Source of the DNA: the human T2T-CHM13v2.0 reference genome, Homo sapiens
DNA length: 64,000 nucleotides
Assembly (NCBI RefSeq): GCF_009914755.1
Contig: NC_060926.1
Strand: one strand, 5' to 3'
The position numbers and the translations under genes were made by a program. Shown one piece after another: positions 1 to 12,813 of the stretch (position 1 is the first letter of the stretch; each line of letters opens with the position of its first letter). The notes below the pieces were generated by a model. It worked only from the letters and a program-made list of their open reading frames with translations. It was not told the DNA's origin and made no database searches.

Positions 1-43
1 AAGTGAATTAATTTCCAAGTTTTTTTGTTCGTTTGTTTTCACC

Positions 44-191
44 CTACAATGGTTACTTTTATGTATCAACTTGGCTGGGTTATTGTGCCCAGTTGTTTGG
101 CCAAACACTAGTCCTGATGTTGCTGGGAAAGTATTTTTGAGATGTGGTGAACAATTAAATCAGTAGAAACTAAGTAAAGCAGATTACCGTC
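44..191 (+). mobile_element. MLT2-family (ERVL) LTR, 5' part; split by a MaLR insertion
   Basis: Matches recalled MLT2 start (atggttacttttatgtatcaacttggctggg...aaatcagtag...gtaaagcagattacc); consensus resumes at ~2887. Confidence 0.75.
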
Positions 192-2886
192 TGCTATGGT
201 CTGAACATGTTCTCCAAAATGCATGTGTTGTCAGCTTAATCTTTAATGCAATGGTGCTGAGACATAAGGACTAATGGAAAGTGCTTAGGTCATGAAGACT
301 GCCCTCAGGAACAAATTAATAATGCTACAAAAAGTGCTGGTGGGAGTGGGTTCAATCTCTTTTGCTTTTCTGCCATGTGAGAACAGAATCTGTCCCTTTC
401 TTGCCTTTCGACCTTCTGCCTTGTGAGGATGCAACAAGAAAGTCATCATCAGATGTTGGTGACTTGATCTTGGACTTTACAACTTTCAGGACTGTAAGAA
501 ATAAATTCATGTTCTTTATAAATTACCAAGTCTGTGGTATTTTATTAAAGCAGCATAAAACAGACCAGGACAGAAATTGGTACCATGAGTGGGATGTTAC
601 TATAACAAATACCTAAAAATGTGAAAGCAGCTTTGAAACTAGGCAATGAGTAAAGACTGAAGCAGTTTGGTAGTGAAGACTGGAAAAAAGCCTCAATTTC
701 TGTGAACAAAGTGTTTGTAGAAATATGGACAGTGAAGGCCATTCTGATGAGGTCTTAGACAGAGATGAGTAGTGAGGCGTTGGAAAATAGAGGTAATGTC
801 ATCCTTGTTACAAAGTAGCAAAGAACTTTGATGAATTGTGGTCATATCCTAGGACTCTACCGAAGCCAGAACTTAAGAGTGATGAACTGGGATATTTTGC
901 AGAAGAAATCTCTAAACAGCAAAGCATTCAGTGTGCTGCTGTGGGGCCTCTCTTAACTATTTACAGTAAAATGTGAAAAGACAGAAACAATTTAAAAGCA
1001 TATTTTTTATTGAAAATGGAAGCAGAATGTTAAGATTTGGAAAATTCTCAGCTTGACTATTGAAAGAAATTTTAAAAAGCTTATTTAGGAGAGCAAACCA
1101 AAGATGTTGTCAAGAGACCATTTGATGAGGATATGAGTATCAACAGAAGAAAGCCAGAGTCTATTCATCAAGGCAATGGAAGAATGACTCTGAAGGCATT
1201 TCAGAGATTTTGAAGGCTGCCCCTATAATCACAGGCCCAGAGCGCTAAGGTTTTGAAGGCAGAGCAATTTAAAAGAAGGAGCCCAGGATGCCTGTGGTCA
1301 CCTTGGGTCTTTACTCCCTGCATTCTGGTACAGCACTCCTCTACCCCAGCTCTGGCTCAAGCAGGCCAAATTTTGGCTCAGGCCACCACTTCAAAAGGCA
1401 CTAGCAGTGAGCATTGATAGCATCCACGTGGTGCTAATTCTGCAAAGTGCAAGAGCTGTAGAGGCATGCCTGCTTTCACACAGAATTTAAATAAGGCGCA
1501 GAGAGCCCTTCTAGGACAATGTAAGGTAGAACTGTGGGGTCAGGGCTGCTATAGAGCATTCCCACTAAGACAATGCATAGTGGAACCCTGGGAGAGGTGG
1601 TGCCCCGAAGATTCCAGAATTATAGAGACACCAGCATTCAGGACGAGCCTAGGAAAGCCACAGGAGTATGATTTCAGTGAGTGAGAGCTGAAGTGTGTGC
1701 TTTCCCCAGCAAAGCTGTGGCGGAGTGACTACCCAAGGCTTTGGAGGCCCAATCCACACCCCATTTGTCTGGAAAGCAAGACATGGAGTTCAAAGAAAAT
1801 TATTCTTCAGTCTTGAGATTCAATGTTGTCTGTCCTGCTAGGTTTGAGACTTGCTTAGGACCTTGTATTAGTTCATTTTTACACTGCTATAAAGAACTAT
1901 CTGAGACTGGGTAATTCATAAAGAAAACAGGTTTAATTGGCTCCCAGTTCTGCATGGCTGGGAGGCCTCAGGAAACTTACAATCATGGCAGAAGGTGAAG
2001 GGGAGGCAGGCACCTTTTTCACAAGACAGAAGAGAGACAGAGCAAATAGGAAGTCCCACACTTTTAAATCATCAGATCTCATGAGAACTCACTCACTATC
2101 ATAAGAACGAGGTGTGGAAAACCACCCCCATAATTCAGTCACCTCCCACCAGGTACCTCCCTTAACACATGGAGATTACAATTCGAGATTAGATTTGGGT
2201 GGGGACACTGAGCCAGATTATATCAGACCTGTTACTCCTTCCTTTTTTCTTATTGTTCCCTTTCCAACCAGAAATGTTTATCCTGGGCCTGTCCCACTAA
2301 GGTAATTTGAAAATGCGTAAGTTGTTTGATTTCATAGGCTCATAGCTAAAGAGCGGTTTGCCTCTGGATGAATCACAACTTCAGTCTTGCCCATACTATG
2401 TTTAGATGATACTTTGGATTTAGAATTTAAAGTTGATCCTGGAACAAATTAAGACTTTTGAGTCCATTAGGATGAAAGAAATGTATTTTGCATGTGAGAA
2501 GGACATGAATGTTTGGGGCCAGGAGCAAAATGCTATGGTCTGAATGTGTCCCCCAAATTCACGTGTTTGAAGCTTACTCCCTAATGCAATAGTGTTGGGA
2601 GGTGAGGCATAATGGGAAGTGTTTAGCTGATGAATGGAGTAGTGTCACTGTTGAAAGGGCTTGTAGGAGTGAGGTTGCTCTCTTCTAGTCTTCTTCCACA
2701 TGAGGACACAGAGTTCCATCCTCTTTCACCCTTTTATATGTGGACACAATAAGATGGCCCACATCAGATGCTGATTCCTTGATCTTGGACTTCAGAGTCT
2801 CTAGAACTGTGAAAAATACATTTCTTTTCTTTATAAATTACCCAGTCTGTGATATTATTTACAGTAGTACAAAATGAAGTAAGACA
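192..2886 (+). mobile_element. Full-structure MaLR provirus (MSTC/MSTD-like): LTR 192-572, internal 573-2530, LTR 2531-2886
   Basis: Two similar LTRs both starting tgctatggtctgaa and ending ...gaca; internal region starts gaaattggtacc...; degenerate 5-bp TSD ccgtc/tcatc. Confidence 0.85.
1864..2225 (-). mobile_element. THE1D/MSTA-type solo LTR nested in the MaLR internal region
   Basis: tgtattagttcat...ggcctcaggaaacttacaatcatggcagaagg...tatca; perfect 5-bp TSD gacct at 1859-1863 and 2226-2230. Confidence 0.9.
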
Positions 2887-3085
2887 TCATCTATGCTGTA
2901 GGTGTCCTTCATCCAACCAGTTGAAAGGACTTAAGAGTAAAAATGGATTTCCTAGAGAAGAAGAAATTCTGCATCAAGCCTACATCATTAACTTCTGCCT
3001 GACTTTGTAGCCTTCTGGCCTGCCATACACAATTTGGACGTGCCAGCCCCCAAAATCATGCAAACTAATTCCTTCAAATAAATCT
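2887..3085 (+). mobile_element. MLT2-family LTR, 3' part
   Basis: catccaaccagttgaaaggacttaagag...agaagaaattctgc...ccttcaaataaatct continues the MLT2 consensus. Confidence 0.7.
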
Positions 3086-3549
3086 GTGGCGTGTGTTGTG
3101 GGGTGGGAGAATACTATAATAGTGATAGCTTACATATATTATTACAAAATGACATTTTTAAACCAAAGATGAATTTAAGTTCTGCCCCAAATTTACTAAA
3201 ATCAACGTTCAGAGAAATTTAGATCTTAAAGCTGGAAAAACCCTGAGAAGTCACTGGATCCAGCCTCCTCACTCTAACCAAGTTAAATTTATAATCATTT
3301 TTTCACCTCTGAGCCCACACCTTTCCAAGTCCTGCAGATCCACAGCTAGTAATGTGGTGCTGAGAGACAAAAGTCTAGAATGGAGCACTGTTGTACTATT
3401 GGAAGAGTACAGAATGACACCACCTCTCTGTAAATCACAGGGTTCACTGGTCTCAGTCAGAAAGACTGCTTCCCAGCAATACCTCTGATCAGCAGTACAG
3501 GGTTCAGTCCAACCTTCTGAGTCCTATGCACAAAACCCAGTGCTACTGA

Positions 3550-4734
3550 TTATCAACAATAATCAACCTTTTATTTCAGATTCTAGTTATCATAGCATTT
3601 GCCATGAAGCCAAACTAAAACATTTCCTTTTTTCTAACGTATTTTAATAGCAGCAAAGGAGATTCATGGGGCAAATTGTCCTGTCCACACAATAGTAATT
3701 TTCCATTTCTTTAGCTTTTTTCTTCTTACTTGACAAAACCCTTAGAGACTATCAAACTGTCAAACCTCCGAATGCACAATTACAGCAGTAAATTGCAGTG
3801 TAAATTGATTTATTCCTAGGTAGATAGCCACCTTAAAAGATTCTACCTTGTTGCTTTCAAAGTGACCCTCCGATGGAGCCATTGGCTGGGGAAGTTGAGA
3901 AAGGAGCCCCAGGAACTGACCTCTAATTTTCCTAATATTGCTCAATGTGTAAAACACCTATGATTTGTTGAGGTTGTTCAGCGTGAGTTATATGCAAATC
4001 CTCCATGGCAACTGAGTCCTTAGAACAATCAGGAGTACAACAGAGTTGCTTCAAGAATGACAAAAGTGATTTTCCCCGAAAAAATTCTTGCTTCATGTGG
4101 GTGGTATCATTTTTAGCTTTCCATAGAGAACATCGAGAAATCTTGGTAGCCGACTGTCTGAGAGCACGCTGCATCGTCTCCTGACTCCTGTAATTATATT
4201 ACGAAGTTTCAACATCCCTTGCCATTAAAGAAACATCACACCCTCTCACTGTATCTGCTGGCTTCTTTCCATCAAACATATTACCATCCATGTGTGACAG
4301 CCATGCAGTTGATGCTATGGGCGACTGTTGGCAAAATATTTCTAGAGAGCTGTAGTAGAGTGCTTTTGATGACATTCTAACAGGCAGATGTTTTGGTTCA
4401 CTGTCTTTGGTTTGTCTCACCTCTAAGTCAATTTGTCAATAATTGGCATTTTAAATTCAGATCATTCCTTTCTTCTATTAGCAACTGTAAGTTCTTTAAA
4501 GTTTCTTAAACAGTTTTCTGGATATTATTTATATCTTCTTTTCTGAAAATCATTAAATCCAGTGGTTAGTGACGCAAAAAAAGTATGCTGAGAAGACAAA
4601 AAGCAAATTGATAGTAAATGAGGCAGCGGTCCAGGCTGAATGAATACCACACCATCCACAACAAAATCCAATGAAGGAGAAGCAGCGACGCCAACCAGCT
4701 GTATCTGTCTTATCTTCTGTACAGCCCTGACATA
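3550..4734 (-). pseudogene. Candidate terminal exon of a decayed (unitary pseudo)gene or lncRNA; stop-interrupted 2xTM + coiled-coil frame
   Basis: Minus-strand acceptor cctgcttttcag|T at 4734; AATAAA at 3570-3575; no recognisable repeats; frame from 4733 reads MSGLYRR*DRYSWLASLLLLHWILLWMVWYSFSLDRCLIYYQFAFCLLSILFLRH*PLDLMIFRKEDINNIQKTV*ETLKNLQLLIEERNDLNLKCQLL; ORFs 4199-4420 and 3932-4174 share one frame separated by a single stop. Confidence 0.4.
3570..3575 (-). promoter_or_regulatory. Candidate polyadenylation signal AATAAA
   Basis: tttatt on + strand at the distal end of the repeat-free segment. Confidence 0.3.
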
Positions 4735-4779
4735 CTGAAAAGCAGGTCGGACATAGTGGAAACACCACTAGACTTACAG

Positions 4780-4920
4780 TCATGAAGTCTGGCTCAGGGT
4801 CTTCTGAAATACACAAAGTTAATCTTAATTTTCTCATGTACAAAAAGGAAATAATACCATCTTTACACAGTTGCCACTGAGGACCAGATAAAACTTGTAA
4901 AATGTCAAAGCACACTTGAA
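4780..4920 (+). mobile_element. MIR fragment
   Basis: cttaattttctcatgtacaaaaaggaaataataccatctttacacagttg resembles the MIR core. Confidence 0.5.
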
Positions 4921-5016
4921 GCAACCTCCAACATCTGTCATCTGATGTTTCTTTGCTACTTCAGACATTCTTTTTCTGCCTATTCTTTATTCCCAGAACA
5001 CTACAGGCACACACTT

Positions 5017-5051
5017 TGTGTGTGTGTGTGCGTGTGTGTGTGTGTGTGTGT
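5017..5051. repeat. (TG)n microsatellite
   Basis: Direct inspection; sits at the 3' tail position of the adjacent L1. Confidence 0.95.
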
Positions 5052-5843
5052 ACATTTAAGGGATACAAGTGCATACTAAAAGCTCAGACTTCACCACTTC
5101 ACAATATATCTATGTAGCAAAATATGTATCAAAATAGATATATTGTGAAGTGGTGAAGTCTGAGCTTTTAGTGTATCCATCCCCTGAATAATGTACATTG
5201 TACCCATTAAATAATTTCTCGTCAACCACCCCCTCTAGCCTTCCCACCCGTCCGAGTTTGCAATGCCTATGATTACACACTATGTCCATGCATATACCTT
5301 GTTTAGCTCCCACTTATAAGTGAGAACATGCAGTATTTGACTTTCTGTTTCTGAGTTGTTTCACTTAAGATAATGGCCTTCAGTTTCATTATAAAAAGAA
5401 AAAAAACATGATTTCATCCTTTTTATGGTTGAGGAGTATTCCATTATGTATTTATACCAAATTTTCTTTGTTCAGTCATACCTCGGTGGACACATAGGGT
5501 TGATTCCACATCTTTCATATCATGAATAGTGCTGTGATAAACATACTAGTGCAAGTGTCTTTTTGATATAATAATTTATTTTCATTTGGGTAGACAGTAG
5601 TGAGATTACAGGATTGAGTGATAGTTCTATTTTCAGTTATTTGAGAAATGTCTGTACTGTTTTCCGTGGAGGTTGTACTAATCTACATTCCCTTGAACAA
5701 CATATAAACATTCCCTTTTCTTCACATCCTCACCAAAATCTGTTAATTTCTGACTTTTTAATAACAGTTATTCTGATTGGTATAAGATAGTATCTTGTTG
5801 TGGTTTTAATTTTCATTTCTCTTATGTTTAGTGATGTTGAGTC
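5052..5843 (-). mobile_element. Old L1 3' end (L1PB/L1MA class), 5'-truncated, containing a fold-back duplication
   Basis: ggtgaagtctgagcttttagtgtatccatc...tttagctcccacttataagtgagaacatgcagtatttg...gtggttttaatt are L1 3'UTR/ORF2-end hallmarks. Confidence 0.85.
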
Positions 5844-6147
5844 ACAGAATTTGTGCCACTAACCTTGGCTGAAATGCCTTTTCCCTGATCTGAAGAAACT
5901 AAAAGGACATAAGCTCACCTTTCCCCTTTGTATGGATGTCTTTCTGAAGGTTCTGAATTTTTAAGGCAGTTTCTCTAAGAAAAACCTGGAAGTGTGAGAA
6001 CACCTGAGTGTCCAAGGTTTCCAGTTTATGATGAATATGCTTGGAGAACATTTGAATAGAAAAAAACAAATCCGACAAAATATTGTCATCTATTAAAAAA
6101 AAAACTACAAGAATAAACAAAATGGAGAAGCCTAACTCCTTGAGGTT

Positions 6148-6504
<357 letters not shown>

Positions 6505-7151
6505 TAGATGGAACAGAAGATCTCAATGCTATGAGTCATGATCCTATTATTTCCTGTTTCCTGTTTTCCCTCCCTCCCCTATTTGTTTATTTATTTATTT
6601 CCTTCCTTCCTGTCTTCTAATCTACAACTAGTCAATATTAGTTTTCAGACTGTTAAGGCTGCCAGGCAGGTTAAAATTTAATACACGTGTAATTAGTGGT
6701 AAAGTAGAAGAGAATCTTCAAGTAAATAGCTCAGCAGCTGAGTTGGCCTATTGTGTTGCAAAATGAGCTGTGAACTTAATGTAAGAAGATCTGACGCTCT
6801 ACTGAGGACGGCTGATGTTGCACTGAAGAGAATTTCACTCAAAATAGCTTGGGGAAAACAAGTGTCATGGTAAAGATGCTGGGATCACACAAGAACTGAA
6901 CAAGACCTGCAACACAGCTGGACTGGATGGAAAATGAAGCCAGAGATTTGCTCTGGAATGAAAGCCGAACTTGAGCATAAATTGGAATCCCTCAAGAGTC
7001 AGGTAGGTAATGCAATTGTTTGAAGTGTCAAGGTGTCAGATAATAGAAGAGCACGAGGCTGTGATGCACTGGCAAATGCCAGACTTACCCAAAAGCATGA
7101 AAATTAAATGCTTCAGACAAACAGAGAGCCGGCCCAACAGTATGAACTCAC

Positions 7152-7430
7152 CTGTTTGAGACTTTTGCTAAAGGAATTACTACCCGGTTTTCTCTACCAG
7201 GGCCATCACGATGTCTTCTTTTCTTTGTGATCTTTTCCAGTCTTCTCTATTGAACAATCTGCCTCCGCTGTTGACTCACTGTTTCTGACTCTTCATAACC
7301 TTCACTTGCATAGGTTCATATGAGATTCCCTCTGTCTTCTATATGATGACATTTCTCAGCATATTTTTCTTTCCTTTTTCTACTACCAATAATAACTGCA
7401 TTCTTCTCTCAGTTTCCAAGAGAACATTCT
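7152..7430 (-). other. Candidate upstream exon (5' boundary unknown) ending in consensus donor CAG|GTGAGT
   Basis: Perfect donor at 7152/7151; phase-2 end (...KKRRHRDGPGRENRVVIPLAKVSN-AG) joins the 4733 frame; purine-rich, non-repeat. Confidence 0.3.
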
Positions 7431-7740
7431 GATTACTCTAGTTAATCAGTAGCCCTAGGGTAGGGTGCTCACCTGTTGGCCTTTTTAACTGTAGTTGAGA
7501 AACTCAAGTGAGAATACTTGAGTTTTGTGAAATAGAGCATGTTAACCCAAGAGGCAAACATGGATCAGATTTAGGACCTCTTTGTGTGATGTACAGTTGT
7601 ATTCTACATACAGTGGGGGGAGGAGGGTGCCACTAAAAATATTACAGTATAAATGGCCTCCCCTGCAGTGTACAGTGCATGGCCTATGCAAGAGCGTGCA
7701 GTGAGCCTGGCTACAGTCCCTTCTAAAACTGCAGAAACAA

Positions 7741-7926
7741 AAATTCACCAGGTTTGGTGGCTTGTGTCTGTAGTTCCAGTTACTGAGGAGGCTGAGGTGG
7801 GAGGGTCACTTGAGGCCAGGAAGTTGAGGCTGCAGTTGGCCATGATCATGCCACTCCACTCCAGCCTGGTCAACAGAGAAAGACCCTGCCTTTACCTAAC
7901 AATAAAAAATAAAATCAACAATAAAA
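7741..7926 (+). mobile_element. FRAM / AluJ right monomer
   Basis: ccaggtttggtggcttgtgtctgtagttccag...gaggctgcagt...ccactccagcctgg followed by an A-rich tail. Confidence 0.85.
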
Positions 7927-8731
7927 TTGTGAGCATAGTGAATATAATGCTCATGTCTAGTGACTATTAGCTAACTCAATTAGAATTTGATTCTAAACCT
8001 GTTTGGGAAAAATGTTCACAGTTCTGAATCTTGCTTTCTTCTGCATGAAACTACTTCAAGGGGTGTGTGTTGGGGAGTAGATGTTTGACAATAGCATTCC
8101 CAATGTAACTATTCTAATGACACTGTGAAAGGACTGAGTCTCTTTAAACATGGAAATTCCAGAGAAATATTATACAGCTACGCGGACTATACAAAAGGAC
8201 TCAATGAACAGAAAAGTAGAAGTGCTACAATATTAGTAACTGTAATCGTTAAAATAGGCATTATCATGTAATGCTAATGAATTGTCAACAATGATAAAAA
8301 CTATATAGGATTTGCCAAAAATTGTGCAAAGTACTTGATTCTTCCACAAAGTACAGGTTACTCTCACAGACAATAATGTAAATAAATGATATTATTAACC
8401 CAGAAATGAGGATTCAAATGTAATGTGACTTTGCTGCAATGAGATTTTATTGTAATAGCAAAATTTTTACAGTGAAAGCAAAAGTTTTTATTGTAATAAT
8501 TATGTGAATATCAATACTTGTTCAGTAAGGATTATTTTATTTTGTGGTACTCAGAGAATAAATAATCTATACTAGTTCCACGGTGCAGATGAACACACAT
8601 TATTGAATGCCTGCTATGTGCCAAGAATTTTTCTAAGTACTAGGTTCAATATAAGTAGACACAGTCCTTGGACTCTTGAGCCTAAAGTGGATTTTAGTCT
8701 ATTTGCAAATAAATTTCTCTTTCTTTTGTAG

Positions 8732-8833
8732 GGCCAATTAATGGACCACCAAATAATTTTGTGGTTGTAAAATACTGTGTAAAATACCATGTGTAAAATA
8801 CTGTGTTGAACGATCTAGAAATACATAAAGGAG
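8732..8833 (+). other. Candidate internal exon (possible lncRNA)
   Basis: Acceptor tttctctttcttttgtag|G and donor GAG|GTATGA, 102 nt. Confidence 0.25.
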
Positions 8834-9749
8834 GTATGATATGGTTCCAATGATCAAGAAATTTATATTCAAATTAACAAAATGAAACAAGTACATGAAA
8901 AATTAAGAAACAACAGGAGTATTATTTCACAAAATTATAATGTGGCAATAGCTTAATCAAGGTTAATTAATTGCTAGTAAAAGTTTTAGACCACTGGTTT
9001 AGAACATGTCATTCCCAGATGAATTGATTTACGTGGCTCTCTCCTGCAACATTTCTACCTGCAAGATAGCTGCAAGATACAATTTTTCAAGTTTCCTTAT
9101 TACTCCTGTTATTCATTAGATACGTTATTTATACAGGAAATACAACTATGTGACCACTCATTTGTCACATGGGACAAATATATATTTAAAATTCTAATAC
9201 TGTAGATGGCATTTCACAAATTATTTCAAAAAGTCTGGAATTGTTTTCAATCAAGAGAAAACACACTTCTACATTGATAAAGCCTTTCTAAATTACCAAA
9301 CAGAAAATAGATCCATGCTAATTTAACATTAGTATTCAAATGAAAGATATAATCAGCACAAGGTTAAATTCTATGTCAATTTATATTCATCATCTTTTAA
9401 ACCACGTTTTAAAAAGTAAGTTTATTTGATATATATATAGAGAAATTATATACTGTATCATGTCCATGATGACTAAATTTATTGAATTTGGCAGATATAA
9501 CCAGCAAATTTTATTTGAAATTTTTAACAAAAAATCTAATGTAAAGGATCTGTAGTCCAAACATGATTAATCCTTAAGCTTAATGATAAATTCATGAAAT
9601 TGTGGATATAATATATCTTAAAATTATGTCAACTGGATTTCAGGTTTTTAAATATGGAATGTGGCATTTCGGATACCTGCAAATCACTAGATCTTACTAT
9701 CGGACAAACAATACTGAAATGAAGAAAAAGAGAATTATTGTTTATAGCT

Positions 9750-10740
9750 AGTATTTTTTTAGTACTACTATATGCTAAGCATTATTCCAGGTATTAGGAA
9801 CATAATAGGAAAAAATATATCCTTTTCTTGGGGAGCATGGATTTGCATAAGGAGAGATAGTTAAATAAATAGATAAATAAATAGAATGTCGGGTTTGCTA
9901 AGGGTTATAAACAAAGCAGGAAAAGGGGAATGCAGAGTGAGGTGGTGCAGTTGCTATTTTTTTAGGGTGCTTCTTATCGGCAGTTTTGATGAAACAAAAT
10001 TTCAGTGGAGACAGAAAGAAATGGATGGAACAAGCCATTGAGGTATCAGGGGGAGCATTTATTGTGCAGTCACAAGGGAGGCAGCATAGTGGGATCCCAG
10101 CATAGTGGGATATTTGCAAGCAGAGCTGGAGACTTGGATTAAAGGAATGGGGATGGGGTAGTAAAGGGAGAGGGACAATGGCCTTCAGGGCTTGGAGGCA
10201 TTTGCTCCAAGTGAGAAGGGGAGTAATGGGTGTGTTTTTGAATATAAAGTGGCCAAAATGTGAGTATTTTCTCTGTGGGACCACATTGTACACGAAGGGA
10301 AGAGAGAAAGCTGGGGTTTATTGAGAGGTTATCACAATAGTAAAGCCAGAAAATGATGGCTGAAGGTTTAGTAATAAAGGGAGTGGGAAGGTCTCATAAC
10401 CCTAATATATTTTGAAAACATGTATATTAACAGGCTTTGCTGGTGATTTGCTCACAGGATACAACAGAGGATTAGGAAAAGTGTAGCCTCAAGTTTTAGG
10501 TCCTGAGTATCTGGAAGAGTGGAGTTGCCATTTGCTCGGATGAGGAAGACTCAGGGATGTGAGGCTGGGGGTGGGAGTGGAGAATTCAACCTTTGAACAT
10601 GTTAACTCTCAGAAATCTGAGAAAAAGCCCAGGACAGGGCTCAAGTAGGCATAATCTGCAATATAAAGGGTGAAATTAAACAGGAGATGGAAATGGGTGC
10701 ATTTTCAGCAGAATTGATAATATTTAAACTCATGAGACTA
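9750..10740 (-). mobile_element. L2 (L2a-like) fragments
   Basis: tactatatgctaagcattattccagg...gtggagttgccatttgct...gatgaggaagact resemble the L2 3' region. Confidence 0.6.
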
Positions 10741-10810
10741 GAACTTTAAACGCTATAGGATTTATTTAAATTTTGAATGTACAATACCATATTGTTGTGG
10801 TTACTGGAGC

Positions 10811-10932
10811 CCTAAGTACTAGGCTTAATACCTGGGTGATGAAATAGTCTGTACAACAAATTCCCATGACACAAGTTTACCTACGTAACAAACCTGCACC
10901 TGTACCCCTGAACTTAAAATAAAAGTTAAAAA
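10811..10932 (+). mobile_element. Short L1PA/L1PB 3' end
   Basis: cttaatacctgggtgatgaaat...gtaacaaacctgcacctgtacccctgaacttaaaataaaagttaaaaa. Confidence 0.85.
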
Positions 10933-11420
10933 CATTTTTGAATTTTTAGAAATAATTCTATATGATAATGCACATTTCTTTATGAGTGGTATTGAGTATG
11001 TCAGCTGTAAAGCAGGTATCTGTATATCTGTAACTTGTGAAACCATATTTTATTTCCAATATTTTGTTGTACAAATAACATTGTAATAACCTTAAAAGAA
11101 ATCAATTTAAAAAGTTCAACACTAAAAAAAATGAAAACAAAAAAGAGTTGCTGTTTATCTGTTTTCTTCTAGTTATCCTTTTACAGATTTTTTCAGAGTT
11201 GTAATCATTCTTTTGACAAAATTACTTTTTTTTATTATTACCGTTCACATTTATATCCTAAGAATCTCATTTTGACTTCATGAATCACAAAGGGACATAT
11301 CACAATGTGATTAATTTTACTTATATACCACATTTTGTATTGCTAAAAAAAAAAAGAGTGCCTTTGATTCATTTTGGGGCCATTCCAGAGGGCAGCATGC
11401 AGATATCAGCAGTCTGGCTT

Positions 11421-11903
11421 TGTGATGGATAATTTTATGTGTCAACTTGACTGGATTATGGGGTGCCTAGATATTTGGCTAAACATTATTTCTGGGTATG
11501 TCTGTATGGTATGTTTCCAAATGAGATTAGCATTTGAAGTAGTAGACTCAGTAATATTGATTGCCCTCTGCAATATAGCTGAGCCTCATCCAACCCATGG
11601 AGGGCCTAAGTACAGCAAACAGCAAGTGAAGGGAAAATTTGCCTCCTCTTCTGCCTGACTGCTTAAGTGCGGCATCAGTCTTCTGGGCTCTGACTAGGAT
11701 TTACATTAACAGTGCTGCAAGCTCTCAGGCCTTCAGACTCAGACCAAGACTCCAACTCAGATTCTAGGATTTACACTATCTTTCCTTGGTCTCCAGTTTG
11801 AAGACAGCAAATTGTGGGGTTTCCCAAGCTCCATAACTGCATGAACCAATTCCTTGTACTAAATCTCTGGTTTTTTTTTTTCTGGAAAACTCTGACTAAT
11901 AAA
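11421..11903 (+). mobile_element. MLT2-family (ERVL) solo LTR
   Basis: tgtgatggataattttatgtgtcaacttgactgg...ctggaaaactctgactaata. Confidence 0.85.
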
Positions 11904-12813
11904 GTTTTGTACTGAGTAGAGACCCAGACATAAAACAAATGTTTACGTATGTAGTATGAGCTTCTTCACCAACAGAAAAACGCTGGGCCAGAGGATGTGA
12001 CAGTAATCGTCAGCCTTAATTGAGCTGCCAGCTAGCTTGGGGACCAGCAGCTAATCACTGGACCTTCTCATTTTATTTAAGAAAGGAAGGACAGAACTAA
12101 ATCAATCATTTTAATACTCCTCCAAAAAATATACATGGGGCCATCAGAGTGTAAAAAATGCAAAGAAAAGAAAACAGCTTCTGGGGCAATTTAGCTCCTC
12201 CTTCTTGGTGGAATTTAGTTGTAAAATTCTGCATTATTTGAGGAACCAGTGAGGAAACCACCTGCAGAAAGAACAATTTGAAAACCATTAAAGTCTACAA
12301 TCTCTAGGATTCTGTTTCCTTCTACAATAGTGGATTATGACTTTAGGATTCTGACTACTAAGCACAGTGATTAAAAACATAGATATTTAAACTAAAAAGA
12401 TCTACATTCAGATCCTTTCTTCAAAAGCCGGCATTGTGCCCCATTACCTCCACACAGAGCCCACGGAAGAGTGAGCACACAGTTGACTGATAACGTAGGC
12501 AAGAAGACGTGATAGGGCAAAGCCAGGTCTGTTTCTCTGTGTAAACACCCTCCTTTTCACCCCAAATAGGCAAACATCTCTGAAGTCACAATGGCTCAGC
12601 CGACACCAACAGGCTTGGAAGAATTCAATGTTTGTAAACCAGAACCTTCTCACGGATATGTTTCCTCGTTAATCTAACAGTCCTCAAATCTTTCCAGCTG
12701 CAGGGATGTTTTCTTCAAAAGCAGAGATTTATCAAATCTCTTTAGTACTGAGAACGAAGTAAGGAGAGACTGGAGGATGGGAAAGGAGTCCTTTCCCTCT
12801 CTGCTTTTCCCAG

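Noticed and set aside
4430-4734. Resemblance of the reconstructed peptide to CTAGE/MIA2 or lunapark-type TM + coiled-coil proteins
   Set aside because: Only topology and a short LIEE-like match from memory; not enough to assign a family or symbol
4553-4924. 123-aa hydrophobic ORF as a standalone CDS
   Set aside because: Starts at a non-ATG codon inside a MIR; an alternative frame after the 4734 acceptor looks more protein-like
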